Assembly (NCBI GenBank): GCA_965153285.1
Contig: OZ229119.1
DNA length: 64,000 nucleotides
Direction: 5' to 3' (one strand)
Origin: Podarcis tiliguerta
Taxonomy: Eukaryota
Part shown: positions 13,891-27,077 of the stretch, piece after piece
Layout of the letters: each line of letters opens with the position of its first letter
Position numbering within the stretch: position 1 is the first letter of the stretch
Made by a program: the position numbers and the translations under genes
The notes under the pieces: generated by a model
Told to the model about the DNA's origin: nothing
What the model saw: only the letters and a program-made list of their open reading frames with translations
Database searches by the model: none

Positions 13891-14510
13891 AAATGGACCC
13901 CTGACCATTAGGCCCAGTCATGACCGACTCTGGGGTTGCGCGCTCATCTCGCTCTATAGGCCGAGGGAGCCAGCGTTTGTCTGCAGACAGCTTCCGGGTC
14001 ATGTAGTCAGCATGACTAAGCCGCTTCTGGCAAACCAGAGCAGCACACAGAAACGCCATTTACCTTCCCACCGTAGCGGTACCTATTTACCTACAGTGGT
14101 GCCTCGCAAGACGAAATTAATTCGTTCTGTGAGTTTTTTCGTTCTGTGAGTTTTTTCATCTTGCGAAGCACCACTGTGTATTGACGGTTTCCCATAGGAA
14201 TGCATTGGCGGTTTAAAAAAAAAAGGTGCAAGACGTTTTGTCTTGCGAAGCAAGCCCATAGGGAAATCCGTCTTGCAAAGCAACTCAGAAAACGAAACTC
14301 TTTCGTCTTGCGAGTTTTTTGTCTTCCGAGGCATTCGTCTTGCGAGGTACCACTGTACTTGCACTTTGAGGTGCTTTCCAACTGCTAGGTTGGCAGGAGC
14401 AGGGACCGAACAACAGGAGCTCACCCAGTCAAGGGGATTCGAAATGCCAACCTTCTGATTGGCAAGTCCTAGGCTCTGTGGTTTAACCCACAGCGCCACC
14501 CGCGTCCCTT
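13891..14510 (-). mobile_element. Sauria SINE (Squam1), interrupted by a MITE
   Basis: Minus strand starts GGGACGCGGGTGGCGCTGTGGGTTAAACC and ends ...CCTAATGGTCAGGGGTCC; 13-bp TSD GCCATCTATAGTA. Confidence 0.9.
14094..14355. mobile_element. Tc1/mariner(pogo/Tigger)-type MITE nested in a Sauria SINE
   Basis: TIRs CAGTGGTGCCTCGCAAGACGAA / TTCGTCTTGCGAGGTACCACTG with TA TSD; near-identical copy at 31953-32215. Confidence 0.9.
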
Positions 14511-15861
14511 GCCATCTATAGTAGTGAAGCCTAAATTTGCCAGTATGTGTCTGAATCCCACTCAGAAAATAGCAACAGTCTGGAGACGTTCACGGACCGG
14601 GATAAAAACCTCCAACCTGAAAGTCTTGTTGAAAAGGAAGAGTCATTAGTATCTGCCCAATCTGTAACAGGTGGAAATGTAACAAAATGCTGAGCTGCTG
14701 CTAATGTTACCTACAAAATGTCTCATTTGTATACAAGAGGAAGGTAAATCTGCAACATCTCTGACTTTTCTGACTTACATTTGGGGAAGTCTGACTAGGG
14801 CTGGTGGAAGTTGAGTCTAAAAGACCAGGAGGGCACCAAGTTGGTGAAGGCAGCTCTATTCAGTGCTCAACTTCTCAGCCACCCGTGGTGGGGAATGGAA
14901 GGCCATGAAGCAAAGCAACCAATTAAGATTGTGGAATCTCTGGTCCACTCCAAACGATGCAGCAGCTACTGGTGTGAATTCAAGACTCCTGCTGTCAAAT
15001 GACAACTATATACCAGCTGGAAATCTTTCCACTTAAAGCAGAATTAGTGCTTCAAATGTTTCATACAGCATCTACCATGGGAAGGATGCTGGCTCTTACT
15101 GAAATTTTGGAAGAGAATTTACTGAAATCAAGAAACCGTGCTTTTCATTTTAAAATCGCTTTCCAATTTAAAACACATTCCTTTCCCAATAATTTTGAGC
15201 AGGCAAAAGGCTGCAAAAGAAGGTGCTAAAATCATTATAGTACTCAGGAGACTAACCTATTTTAGAAGCAAGATGTCTGCTAGAATGCTTAATAGAAACT
15301 TAAAATAGTATTAAACTAGGAAAGTTTCCTGCTGCTATATAGTCTACTTCAGGGACCACCAACTGATGAAGCAGCAGCAGGAACAATCACAGCAAGACCA
15401 GCTGTCTGATCAACACACAATGTAAAGATGAAATGTAAGAGAAAAATTGTAAAGGAAGAGATTCACAGCATCTTTTCAGCAATGCCCACGGCAGCTGCTA
15501 CTCCAAATAGTTGCAGCCCTTCACCTAGTTTCAATGATACCCACTGATGCATAAATAGAACCTCTCAGGCACCATTTTCTGAAATCTCAGCTTCAATTTT
15601 TATATACCCAAAATATACCTGTAGCATGTTGGACAACTGTCCTGTTTGGTGACCTACAGGGATGTGTTCTGAAGATGTAGTACACTGGGTCCATTACAGC
15701 TCGTTTGTTTGAACTAGATGGTTTGAGCTTCAGTGGAAGGAAAATGGAGATGACCCTGCCTTGAGAAAAGAATGAGGACTTGATTACTCTTGTTGTGTTC
15801 CTGCCCTGACTGGGTATTAGAGTTCCTGAATGAGATTAATGTGATACTTGGTTCTCCTCAC

Positions 15862-15965
15862 CAGCAATGTCCACAATCATGGGGCCACATTCTTCTCCTG
15901 CCATAATCACAGGAGGTGGTGGTTGTATCTGGTTCACAAGCGACATTCCAAATGTAAACGTATCC
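15862..15965 (-). CDS. Internal exon F (DTFTFGMSLVNQIQPPPPVIMAGEECGPMIVDIA, phase 2->1)
   Basis: Acceptor cacttccagcacctgcag, donor CTG|gtgagg; open frame compatible with exons E and G. Confidence 0.7.
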
Positions 15966-16486
15966 CTGCAGGTGCTGGAAGTGTGTAATATAGAGGAGAA
16001 AGTGGCCACATTAACTGACCTCATAGCAATAATTCATCCAAAAGGCCACTAAACTTTCTTGTTTGGACTGGCTGGATCCGGTGTGTTCTGCTTTTCCTTT
16101 AAAGGATCCTCTATTTAAAATAATTTGCATTCCTTTTATTTTTGCATATTTACTTTCATATCATACGGACCAGGGGCTAAAAAAATGGCTAAGCACATGT
16201 TGGTCCTCATTGTGCATGCAGCTGGACTTTGGTGCATTGTTTTCCTTGTTATGTTGCAGGCATATGGCTCCACCATAAGATCTGAAGGAGAAATAAAGTC
16301 CTGGCATGAATGCACTTTCCCACTGCATGTATCATATATTTGAAATCTGGATCTGAGCCAATGTTATCAGCCTCAGGCCCTTATTATGGAACCATAGGAG
16401 GGGGGGAAACTAAATAAGCAAAATTTCACTTGGATGATCAGGGATAATAAATGGAAGAAATGGTGAACAGTTAAAGACTTTATTTG

Positions 16487-16538
16487 CTTTTTCTTTTCTT
16501 TTCTTTTCTTTTCTTTTCTTTTCTTTTCTTTTCTTTTC
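16487..16538. repeat. (CTTTT)n microsatellite
   Basis: Direct reading. Confidence 0.95.
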
Positions 16539-18244
16539 TGGCTCTTCCATCTCCCCATAAATAAAAATAGATCAAAGCAGACACTCTGAGCCTTTGCAGG
16601 TACAGGTCTTTTCTGTATGATCTGTGCAAATTTCTGCACCTACAGCTTATATAAATGAAGGCTCCATTCACAATGCATGAGCAACACTTGGAGCCTGGAT
16701 GTGAAATCTGTCACTACAATACTTTCTCCTCTTTTATATGCTGCTGGTGCCTAGTTCTCATTCTTCTGCTCAGGGCTTTACTTGTGCCTCATTGATAGGG
16801 GGAAGGACAGGTCAATCCTTCAGTGTCATTTGCCCATCATATGACACTGCTCGTTTCAATAGACCAGTGATCTGTGAACATAAACTTGAATATTCTCCAA
16901 GTTCCAACCAAGCAAGAAATGATGGTGAAGGTTGTAAACTGTGGTCTTCTTAAAAACCTTCAGCCACATCATGCACACTGAAAGAAGATGGCTTCCCCAC
17001 AAAGAAACATGAGAACTGTAGTTTACTCCTCTACAGAGCTACAATTCCCAGCACCCTTTACAAGTTACACTTCCCCACATTCTTTGAGGAAAGTCATGTG
17101 CTTTAAATGTATGGAATACACATTTTAATTTGGGGGTTTGGGTAGGTATGCAGTGCCTTTATGGGTCCACCATTTTCACCAAAGTCAGCTGAAAGAGTAG
17201 GCTCTTTTTTAAAAAAATCATTTCCTCCTCTGTGTCCCTCAAGAAATGCTGGCAAGGTGCAGCCATTGCTCCACAGCCTCTAATCATGCTGCTCTAGCAG
17301 CTTTCAGATTGCTTACCAGGATAATAGCAATAGAGAAAGCTCAGGTCTCAAATTTTATATATCCCTTGTGGCAGAGTGTTGTGCTATCAGCTGCTTTCCC
17401 ACGATGTGTGTTCCATTAAGCTCTCCATATATAATGAGAGGTAGCAGGTTACTGTGATGGCTGAGTGACAGGAGAATGCTCTCAAGCTCTCACACATGCA
17501 CACACTAACAATGTTAGCTCTGTGTCGTGTTAAATGTGATGTGATCTGATGGACTCTTTCTTGACTGAACAGCCCATTATGGTCGTTCCATTTACACTGT
17601 ATCGATTAAGACTGCCGGAATGTTTCTAAAATAGCTTTTCTCTCCTCTCCCCCCCCCCCCGCCCCCCGCAAGGCCTTGACGTTAACAAAAAATAATAGTT
17701 GGAAAATAGAATTAAGTGAGACACAAATGTTTAAGATCAATGTCCTTCACATTAAATTGCTCTTGGGGCTTGCATTTCTTTAAAAGGAAATTAACATGTA
17801 AGAATGTCCGCCTGAAAAAAAACACTGCTACGTTAGAGATAACTGATAAATATATACAAAGTCATTGTAAAGGAACCGCCAATTACTGTCTACAGCATGT
17901 CATGTTCAGGGCTTGGGAATACTACAGGAATGTCATCGCTCTTGTCCTTGCTGTTTGTTCTCTGATAGACAGATAGCATGTGCTTAAGGATGGTGACAGC
18001 TACAAGATTTTGCCTCCTACTCCTTGGACTTGGCTTGGGAAATGGAGCATGATCCTGCCCCTGTGGGAGAGAGAGAGAGAACTTTTTAGAATTGTCCCTC
18101 CTCATTTTTGTGGCTGTGTGACTTGATTCCTATGACAAGCATCTTTTCCCCTTCACATTCGAAACTGCCTCTGGATTTGAAACTTTTGCGTCAATGTATG
18201 GGCCTAAGAACTCCCTGACAACTGAAGAGAGCTAGTAAACAGAG

Positions 18245-18412
18245 GAACACAGGAAGCTGCCTTATACTGCATCAAACCACTGGCCCATCTAGCTCAGTAT
18301 TCTCTGTGGTAACTGGTGGCGACTCTCTGGGGCTTTAGATGGGAGTCTCCCAGCCCTACCTAGAGACAATTGGGACTGAACTTGGGACCTTCTTCATGCA
18401 CTGGAGATGCTA
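18245..18412 (-). mobile_element. Old tRNA-derived SINE with CR1-type tail (Squam2-like)
   Basis: Minus strand has a B-box-like GGTCCCAAGTTCAGTCCC and the 3' motif ...AGTATAAGGCAGCTTCCT; a related copy lies at ~26200-26430. Confidence 0.55.
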
Positions 18413-20567
18413 TCAATTATGTGGCAATTGCCAGGAGTAGGCCAAGGCCTCATTTAGCTAAGGAAGACTTAAAGAAAGGATGCAAAGCCTTTTTCAGCCT
18501 TTTGGGCATTTGACATGATACAGCAGGGCTCTTATGTTATATAAAAGCAGAGGTGGGAAAACAATTAGTGGGAGGTCAAAGTAGGCAACTAAAGCAAAAT
18601 GGTCAAGGGCATTTGGTTTGTAGATTTTCCCCTCCAGTCATGGGCTGATTGAACATCGTTAGGAAAATACCTATTTCCATCTCTAGATGTATTGGAGTAC
18701 ACAGGTTTCATTCCTGTTCATTACTTCCAGCAAGCAGACATAGGATCAATGCTGAGATGCTACGTAACGGCACCAGGATAATATGTGTTGTGCCACTTGC
18801 ATTGTCAAACTCTTAATGCTCTCCAAATTCATTTTAAAAATGAAGCACGTTTCTTTGTGGTATTGATGGACACTGTTTAGCCTCTCCTTCTCTATGACTT
18901 GATAAGAATTCATAGTGAAACTGTAGCCCTTTTTGGCATCGAAACCATGCATGGCTCTTAGAGGTAAGTCATAGAACTTCAGTCAGAGGCCTGGAGAAAA
19001 CCTAGCCTCTGTCAAACCAGCAGTCCCTCCAAGCAATTTTTTTTCAAAGACCTCCTCTCTCTGTAAAGTGTTCTCCTGCAGAGCTTAAAGAGCCATTCTG
19101 GAGAATAGTTTCCTACATTGCAAAGAACAAGTACAAAAAATAAGACCTCCTGCGGTTGCTATATTTGTTCATTAGTGTTGTGGCCACAAGCTATTTTTCT
19201 TCCTCTCAAAAACAACATGTCAATAATGGTTGAACATCCTCAATAATAACTTACTTCCTTCAGAAACAAATTAGATCTTGTCAATGTTTCACATGAAGGA
19301 ATTTATCTACTTCATTAAATAAAAATCTGGTTACTTTACAGATCCAGTTACCTGGTCCAGTACAGATTATCATATATTGGTTCAATAAGTAATTTATGCA
19401 TGAGCCCCTTACAAGCACATTTAGTTATTCTTTTTTATCTTCATGACTGGAAGCAATTAAAGCTGGAAACAGGGACAGGTGAATCTGTCAGTTTTGGTTT
19501 CTCCCAGTCTCTTGTTTTTCCAACTCCAGTTCTCCACACCTCTGCAACAATTTGGAATTGGAAAAAAAATCATTGTGAGAATCCATCACCATTTTAGTGC
19601 AAATGGTTTATTTCTTCAAATAAACATATTTTATATGCAGTTTTGACATTTTTGCAAGCACTTTCCCTTAATTTAATGCAATCTAAATGTTATCTTCACT
19701 AATATATGGATTTTACACACATTAGTTGGTGGGAGAACTGCATCACCAATTCAGCAAAGTGTGAATTTCAAAGGATAGCTTTGTTTCAGATTATATATTT
19801 GTTTGAGAAGTGAAAATTAGTAATTCCTCATTAAGATGCACACAAAATCAAATCTCTTCTCCAATTCCCAACTGGAAATCTCCAACTAAGCATAGTAGTT
19901 AATAGGTCCATAACAAGTCATGATCTTAAACTTGGCTCCATGACTTAAGATCCTGGTTTGTTCGAAAGTTGGTAACAAAGTTTCCTGGTGAATTAGTGAC
20001 ATTCTGGCACCACACTACAAAAGGAGCTTGTGCAAAACACCTGTGCATATCTTGGTGTTAGCTAGAAATAGGGTAAAGATTTGGTTGGCTCTTCAGAGCT
20101 CTGCTACAGGATTGGCAGTTTTGCTTAGGAATTTATTTGTTTCCACCGTTCTCTGTGTGTATATTTATAAGTAAAGCAAACATTGCAAAGCCACCTTGAG
20201 TCTCCAGTACATTCTCTTCGAAAGAAAACTAAACCCTTTAGCATTGCTCCTGGACCTCTCACAGAGAATCAATGATTATGTTGTGCCAGATGCCACAGAT
20301 TTTCCATTCTAGCAAAATGTCAGTTGATTTTGTCCACAGGATGCTTTAAGAGTTTGCTGCTCCATTATCAGGTATCTTGATAATGCTGCATCTTTTTCTT
20401 GATTTCTACAGATTTCCATAAACTCTGCTCAGGAATGTAAGTCAATTTCTCTACAACAGTGTTTAATCATAGTCTATATTTTCACCCTGGGCTCTGAAAA
20501 TGCGGGAGGGAGATTTGTTTACAATCTCTGGACCGATTTTCTCAGATATGGAAAAAAAATAGTATCA

Positions 20568-21545
20568 ATGGACACTGGAATTCCAGCATCTTTAATAACC
20601 TCATTCAAGTGCATGTTGATTGCCCTCCTAAAAGACAAAGTCCAGCAACTGGAGGAACGTGTAGCTACACTCCAAAGAATTAGAGAGCTGGAGCTCTTCT
20701 TGGAAGCAGCAGAGCACACCGTCTCCACCAAGGAGGAGACAGGAGACTCCCCTGGGAAGGAGGCTAGTTCACCAACACAGGAGCCCAATATGTGGAGAAA
20801 CGTGACTCAAAGAAGTAGGAGGCCCAGGGTTCGCTCTGATTGTTTAGAAATACACAATCCCTTTGAGGTCCTCTCCCCTAGTATGGAAGACGAAGAGCAG
20901 ACTCCATTTGAGGATCTCTCCCTCATTACAGTCGATCAGGTATATGAAGATGAGCAGCAAAGTCAGTCCTCAGGGAATGTGCAGGCGACCTTGGAACGGA
21001 CCGCTCACGGAAGAACCCCGACCAAACCTAAGAGGAGGCGTGTAGTGGTGATAGGGGATTCCCTACTGAGGGGAACAGAAGCAGTGATCTGTGGGCCTGA
21101 CAAGATGTCTCGGGAAGTGTGCTGTCTCCCCGGGGCTAAGATCCAAGATGTAACTGAACGACTGCCAGGAATCATAAAACCCACTGACAAATACCCCTTC
21201 CTCTTGGTTCATGTGGGAACCAATGACACTGCAAGCAATAGCCTCCAGAAGATCAAAAGAGACTACGAGGCTCTGGGCAGGAAATTGAAGCAATTAAATG
21301 CACAAATCGTCATCTCATCTGTCCTCCCAGTTGAACGACGTGGCCCAGGGAGAGAGGGGAAAATAGTGGAAGTAAACAGCTGGCTTCGCAAATGGTGTAA
21401 ACAGGAACGGTTTGGATTCTTAGATCACGGACTGCAGTTTCTTGAAGATGGACTTCTGGCAAGCGATGGGCTGCACCTCACAACGGTTGGGAGGAATGTT
21501 TTTGCCAAAAAACTCAGAAACCTCATCAGGAGGGCTTTAAACTGA
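20568..21545 (+). CDS. CR1 ORF1p: coiled-coil plus SGNH/GDSL esterase-like domain; first ~12 codons probably from flanking DNA
   Basis: KCxLxx[11 protein letters not shown] heptads; SGNH blocks [15 protein letters not shown] and DGLHL; ends RRALN*. Confidence 0.9.
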   Translation: MDTGIPASLITSFKCMLIALLKDKVQQLEERVATLQRIRELELFLEAAEHTVSTKEETGDSPGKEASSPTQEPNMWRNVTQRSRRPRVRSDCLEIHNPFEVLSPSMEDEEQTPFEDLSLITVDQVYEDEQQSQSSGNVQATLERTAHGRTPTKPKRRRVVVIGDSLLRGTEAVICGPDKMSREVCCLPGAKIQDVTERLPGIIKPTDKYPFLLVHVGTNDTASNSLQKIKRDYEALGRKLKQLNAQIVISSVLPVERRGPGREGKIVEVNSWLRKWCKQERFGFLDHGLQFLEDGLLASDGLHLTTVGRNVFAKKLRNLIRRALN

Positions 21546-24500
21546 CTAATGTGGGGGAGGGAGACAGTGCTCCTGAAGGTAGGAGTCTATCAATTGATGA
21601 AGATGATCATCCAAATGTCATAGACCAAATGGAGCAAACAGCAAGCAGACCTAGTGGTGGGAGGAGAAAATCCTTAAATAAGAGACACGGGGGAATGACT
21701 AATGGACTTCAATGTCTGTACACTAATGCACAAAGCATGGGAAATAAACAAGATGAGCTTGAGCTCTTGGTACAGCAAACTAAATATGACATAATAGGCA
21801 TCACTGAAACCTGGTGGGATAAGTCCCACGATTGGAATGTAAAAATGGAGGGATACAATCTATTTCAGAGAAACAGACCAGACAAGAAAGGAGGAGGAGT
21901 GGCGTTATATGTCAGGGATGTGTATACCTGCGAAGAGATCCAAGATTTAGAACCTCAAAGCCAAAGTGAGAGCATTTGGGTCAAAATTAAGGGAGAGAAG
22001 AATAACAGTGACCTCATTGTGGGAGTTTACTATAGATCCCCAAGCCAAACGGAAGACATAGATGATGCCTTCCTGGAACAGATGGCCAAGCATGCAAAAG
22101 GAAGGGAGATAGTGGTAATGGGGGACTTCAATTACCCAGATATTTGTTGGATGTCAAACTCAGCCAAGAGCATAAGGTCAAACAGATTCCTCACTGGCCT
22201 TGCAGACAACTTCATTGTCCAGAAAGTGGGAGAAGCAACAAGAGGAACAGCCATTTTAGATCTGGTCCTAACCAATGTCGATGACCTGGTTAATGGGGTA
22301 GAAGTGGAAGGATCATTAGGCGCAAGTGATCATGCTCTTCTGAAGTTTACTATACAACGGAAAGGAGCAGCCAAGCATACTAGGACTCAATTTCTTGACT
22401 TTAAGAAAGCCGACTTCATAAAACTTAGGGAAGTGCTGGGTGAGATCCCATGGACAGTAATACTAAAAGGAAAGGGAGTTCATGATGGCTGGGAGTTTGT
22501 TAAGAGGGAGATAGTAAAAGCACAACTTCAGGCAATACCAATGAGACGGAAACATGGAAGGTGCCTAAGGAAGCCAGGGTGGCTATCTAAAGAACTTTTA
22601 ACTGAGTTAAGATTAAAAAACGATGTGTACAAAAAATGGAAAAGGGGGGAAACCACCAAAGAGGAATTCAAACAAATAGCCAGCACGTGTAGACACAAAG
22701 TCAGAGAAGCTAAAGCACAAAATGAACTCAGGCTTGCTAGAGAGGTTAAAAGCAACAAAAAAGGCTTTTATGGGTATGTTCGTAGCAAAAGGAAGAACAA
22801 AGAAACAGTGGGGTCACTCAGAGGAGAAGATGGTGAAATGCAAACAGGGGACACAGAAAGGGCTGAACTCCTCAATGCCTTCTTTGCCTCAGTCTTCTCC
22901 GATAAAGAAAACAATGCCCGACCTGAAGAATTTGGAGCAAATGATTCAGCAGAGAAAACACAGCCCAGAATAACTAAGGAGATAGTACAAGAATACTTGG
23001 CTAGTTTAGATGTATTCAAGTCTCCAGGGCCAGATGAACTGCATCCAAGAGTATTAAAAGAACTGGCAGATGTGATCTCAGAACCACTGGCAATCATCTT
23101 TGAGAATTCCTGGAGAACAGGCGAAGTCCCAGCAGACTGGAGGAGGGCAAATGTTGTCCCTATTTTCAAAAAGGGGAAAAGAGAGGACCCAAATAATTAC
23201 CGCCCAGTCAGTCTGACATCAATACCAGGGAAGATTCTGGAGCAGATCATTAAGCAAACAATCTGTGAGCACCTAGAAAGGAATGCTGTGATCACCAATA
23301 GTCAGCATGGATTTCTGAAAAATAAGTCATGTCAGACGAACCTGATCTCATTTTTTGACAGAATTACAAGCCTGGTAGATGAAGGGAACGCAGTGGATGT
23401 AGTCTACCTTGATTTCAGCAAGGCATTTGACAAGGTGCCCCATGATATTCTTGTAAAGAAGCTGGTAAAATGCGGTCTTGACTCTGCTACCACTCAATGG
23501 ATTTGTAACTGGCTGACTGACCGGACCCAAAGGGTGCTCATCAATGGTTCCTCTTCATCCTGGAGAAGAGTGACTAGTGGGGTGCCACAGGGTTCTGTCT
23601 TGGGCCCGGTCTTATTCAACATCTTTATCAACGACTTGGATGATGGACTCAAGAGCATCCTGATCAAATTTGCAGATGACACCAAACTGGGAGGGGTGGC
23701 TAACACCCCAGAGGACAGGATCACACTTCAAAATGACCTTGACAGATTAGAGAACTGGGCCAAAACAAACAAGATGAATTTTAACAGGGAGAAATGTAAA
23801 GTATTGCACTTGGGCAAAAAAAATGAGAGGCACAAATACAAGATGGGTGACACCTGGCTTGAGAGCAGTACATGTGAAAAGGATCTAGGAGTCTTGGTTG
23901 ACCACAAACTTGACATGAGCCAACAGTGTGACGCGGCAGCTAAAAAAGCCAATGCAATTCTGGGCTGCATCAATAGGAGTATAGCATCTAGATCAAGGGA
24001 AGTTATAGTGCCACTGTATTCTGCTCTGGTCAGACCTCACCTGGAGTACTGTGTCCAGTTCTGGGCACCACAGTTCAAGAAGGACACTGACAAACTGGAA
24101 CGTGTCCAGAGGAGGGCAACCAAAATGGTCAAAGGCCTGGAAACGATGCCTTATGAGGAACGGCTAAGGGAGCTGGGCATGTTTAGCCTGGAGAAGAGGA
24201 GGTTAAGGGGTGATATGATAGCCATGTTCAAATATATAAAAGGATGTCACATAGAGGAGGGAGAAAGGTTGTTTTCTGCTGCTCCAGAGAAGTGGACACG
24301 GGGCAATGGATCCAAACTACAAGAAAGAAGATTCCACCTAAACATTAGGAAGAACTTCCTGACAGTAAGAGCTGTTTGACAGTGGAATTTGCTGCCAAGG
24401 AGTGTGGTGGAGTCTCCTTCTTTGGAGGTCTTTAAGCAGAGGCTTGACAACCATATGTCAGGAGTGCTCTGATGGTGTTTCCTGCTTGGCAGGGGGTTGG

Positions 24501-24560
24501 ACTCGATGGCCCTTGTGGTCTCTTCCAACTCTATGATTCTATGATTCTATGATTCTATGA
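20604..24560 (+). mobile_element. Young, nearly full-length CR1 LINE (5'-truncated within ORF1)
   Basis: ORF1 (esterase), ORF2 (APE+RT), a CR1 3' UTR and a (TTCTATGA)n tail at 24529-24560. The 5' boundary is approximate. Confidence 0.95.
21551..24379 (+). CDS. CR1 ORF2p: apurinic-type endonuclease plus reverse transcriptase; premature stop removes the last 31 aa
   Basis: APE motifs LYTNAQS, GITETW, GDFN and SDH; RT motifs QGSVLGP and FADD. TGA at 24377-24379 corresponds to CGA in the sister copy at 41141-42360. Confidence 0.95.
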   Translation: MGEGDSAPEGRSLSIDEDDHPNVIDQMEQTASRPSGGRRKSLNKRHGGMTNGLQCLYTNAQSMGNKQDELELLVQQTKYDIIGITETWWDKSHDWNVKMEGYNLFQRNRPDKKGGGVALYVRDVYTCEEIQDLEPQSQSESIWVKIKGEKNNSDLIVGVYYRSPSQTEDIDDAFLEQMAKHAKGREIVVMGDFNYPDICWMSNSAKSIRSNRFLTGLADNFIVQKVGEATRGTAILDLVLTNVDDLVNGVEVEGSLGASDHALLKFTIQRKGAAKHTRTQFLDFKKADFIKLREVLGEIPWTVILKGKGVHDGWEFVKREIVKAQLQAIPMRRKHGRCLRKPGWLSKELLTELRLKNDVYKKWKRGETTKEEFKQIASTCRHKVREAKAQNELRLAREVKSNKKGFYGYVRSKRKNKETVGSLRGEDGEMQTGDTERAELLNAFFASVFSDKENNARPEEFGANDSAEKTQPRITKEIVQEYLASLDVFKSPGPDELHPRVLKELADVISEPLAIIFENSWRTGEVPADWRRANVVPIFKKGKREDPNNYRPVSLTSIPGKILEQIIKQTICEHLERNAVITNSQHGFLKNKSCQTNLISFFDRITSLVDEGNAVDVVYLDFSKAFDKVPHDILVKKLVKCGLDSATTQWICNWLTDRTQRVLINGSSSSWRRVTSGVPQGSVLGPVLFNIFINDLDDGLKSILIKFADDTKLGGVANTPEDRITLQNDLDRLENWAKTNKMNFNREKCKVLHLGKKNERHKYKMGDTWLESSTCEKDLGVLVDHKLDMSQQCDAAAKKANAILGCINRSIASRSREVIVPLYSALVRPHLEYCVQFWAPQFKKDTDKLERVQRRATKMVKGLETMPYEERLRELGMFSLEKRRLRGDMIAMFKYIKGCHIEEGERLFSAAPEKWTRGNGSKLQERRFHLNIRKNFLTVRAV

Positions 24561-25479
24561 AATTTCTCACACATACACAGAAAGCTTGTTACCCTAGGAT
24601 AGATCTATTACCTGTTGGTGAGGAGTTTCTGTTTCATTGTTAAGAGGTGAGAATGTGAAAGCCTTGCTGAAATGCAAAATGGAAGTCAGCCTTAATTACA
24701 GAGTCACAACTGGCACTCTCAACATCTCTGGAGATACAAACAAACTCTGCAGAGGCCCTGCCTTGTGGAGTTTGTGAAAGAAGATTAATGATCTGCTGAA
24801 TTCTACAGATTTGGAGCAAGCCTGCCCATAGAAAATGTCAATAATGTTACCTGTTTATCTTGCACTATATAGCTCGGTGATTTAAGAAGCAACAACAAAA
24901 CTATGTGAAAATTTCTGGGAAATGAATTTCAGGCTATAAGAGAGAAGATATTTCTCCAGTGTTATTTCAGCAAAAATAAGTTATACGTACTCTAGATTCC
25001 ACCCCAACCCACCCCTGCCAACTGATCTGTATAATGTTTCTTCATTTTTTGCTCAACTTCTGTATTGAGCAAACAAGGTCATATGGATACATATCAACTG
25101 TGGGTGATCTATAGCTTGGTCAAAGTTCAGAAAATGTACCTGACAGTATAGATAACAATTTTGTGGTCTGTTCTCTGATTGAAATGATTGCCTCTGGTTA
25201 GGAACAATACAAGTAAACTCTGTTTAAATCCTGGACAACTGAAACAATTTCAGTTCATTCATGCTCTCTCTTCCTTCATTTTGATTAGTACCTACTTGAA
25301 CAGTGGAAACCGACCTCAGAACCTTTAAGTAGCAAATATATTTAATGGCCATAAAACAACATACACATATAAAAATCACCAGCCAGCAGGCATTGTAACC
25401 ACATTGCAAGATTATTTGTTGGGCACCGATTGACTTCCAGCCCACCTGCCAGCAGTGAAACCAAGTGTAAATCCAGCAG

Positions 25480-26100
25480 CAGGGATTTCTTTGATGTACA
25501 TCAAATAGGGGGACCCAGACAGGGATTGTTGTCTTGAGTAGTACTATAGGACCCTGACGCTGCCTGGGCATCTGGATAAAAGCAACTCCTCCCATATCCC
25601 TTTAACAGGATACTCTGCCACTGGAGGGGCAGGCGGAGACCTCTTCTCTATCGAAGACTAATGTTTACCCAATGCTTAAAGTACCAAAATTGCTATGAGA
25701 TAGGCAGTATCACCAGGCTGGAGCCAATTTGCCTGAAGGACAAATCCCTGCCCAGCCCCGAACATGGCAACCAAAAATGACATAGCAAGGTCAAAAATAC
25801 ACGATACACATCTTAAACAAAAGGGTATGGATAAGTGGGAGATCTGGCATGGAAAACCAAGTGCTGGGTTCAAGGCAGGCCATCTTAAATACTCTAGGAG
25901 CAGACCCAAAAGAAGCCTACCTGTTTCATTGGGCTCATCCCCAATGGAAGTCCTGCCTCCAAGCTTGCCTGCCATTGGCCAACCTGCAGACAGGCTTGGA
26001 TCTGGTTCCCAGTCAGTGAGGACAGCGTTAAGCTCCCAGCAACCTGAGCCTGCATCAGATCTGGTAGAGGAGGCATCGATGGGCTGCAAAGCCACTGTAC
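25480..26100 (-). repeat. Diverged LTR-like/Ngaro-DIRS-like dispersed repeat, copy 2
   Basis: Collinear similarity to 1020-2100 and 37370-38810; boundaries are approximate. Confidence 0.5.
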
Positions 26101-27077
26101 CTGGACAGAGTAAGCAAACCTGTAAGCAAAAAAAGGGGGGAGTCTCCATCTTTTACATATAAAAAAGGTGAAGAGAACAAGGAAGATGAAGAGCCCTCAG
26201 ATCATCTTGTACTACTGTCAGTTCATTAGTAATCTGGTCACCCGAAGGTCTATCTCACCAGACATGGCCTACTCTGACAGGCAGCGGCTCCCCAGGGTCT
26301 CAGACTCCTATGCAGAGCTAGTCTATGCAAGCCTATGCAAGCTAGTCTCCTTTTAACTTGAGACACCAGGGACCAAATCTAGGATTTTCTGCATACAAGG
26401 CACCTGCTCCATCACTTAGCTATGGTCCCTGTAACAATACAGTCAGAAGATCAGGCAGAAGGAGAAAGTTAGTGACATGGAGGAAAGACACAGGCTGAGG
26501 GAACACTGACTCAACCAGGAAGTGACTCAACACAAAGAGTAGGGAGAGAAGCAGGACAAGAAAAGGCATGTTTATTCTGTAGAAATCCAGACTTCAGTTT
26601 TGCGTAACTCTGAACTCTTCGTTAATAGCTTCAGAATTCAGAAACAACCCTGATTCAGAATTCCCAGCCATAGTTATTCAAACGTAATCCCCACTGAATC
26701 CAGTGAGACTTACTACCAGGTAAGTCACAGCCTGAAACGTGTGTTATTTTAAAGCCATTATGTCAATGGCTGTGGTGACACCTAGTGGTAAATACTGTGG
26801 CGTTTAAATATTGGAAAGAATGGTGTATATGAGAATTAAGTATTTATGAACTCCATGCCAAGATGCAAATAGGACTTCCCCAGACCATTTTCAAACTGTT
26901 TTGACTTGTTCACATGTGCCAGGGGGATGTGAAAAGCCAGAAAGCTTTCTGTGTGCATAGAACGCAAAAGCATTCAGCCTGGATGTCCACCGCCTGCAGT
27001 CTGAAATGGTACAATCCAGGACAGGCTGTAACACAGACAGTACTATTCAGCACTTTTGGGTTGTCTCTAAAGATGCG

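Noticed and set aside
25676-26162. Overlapping 157-aa (-) and 132-aa (+) ORFs
   Set aside because: They lie inside repeat copy 2, have no recognisable domain, and are not preserved in the other two copies.
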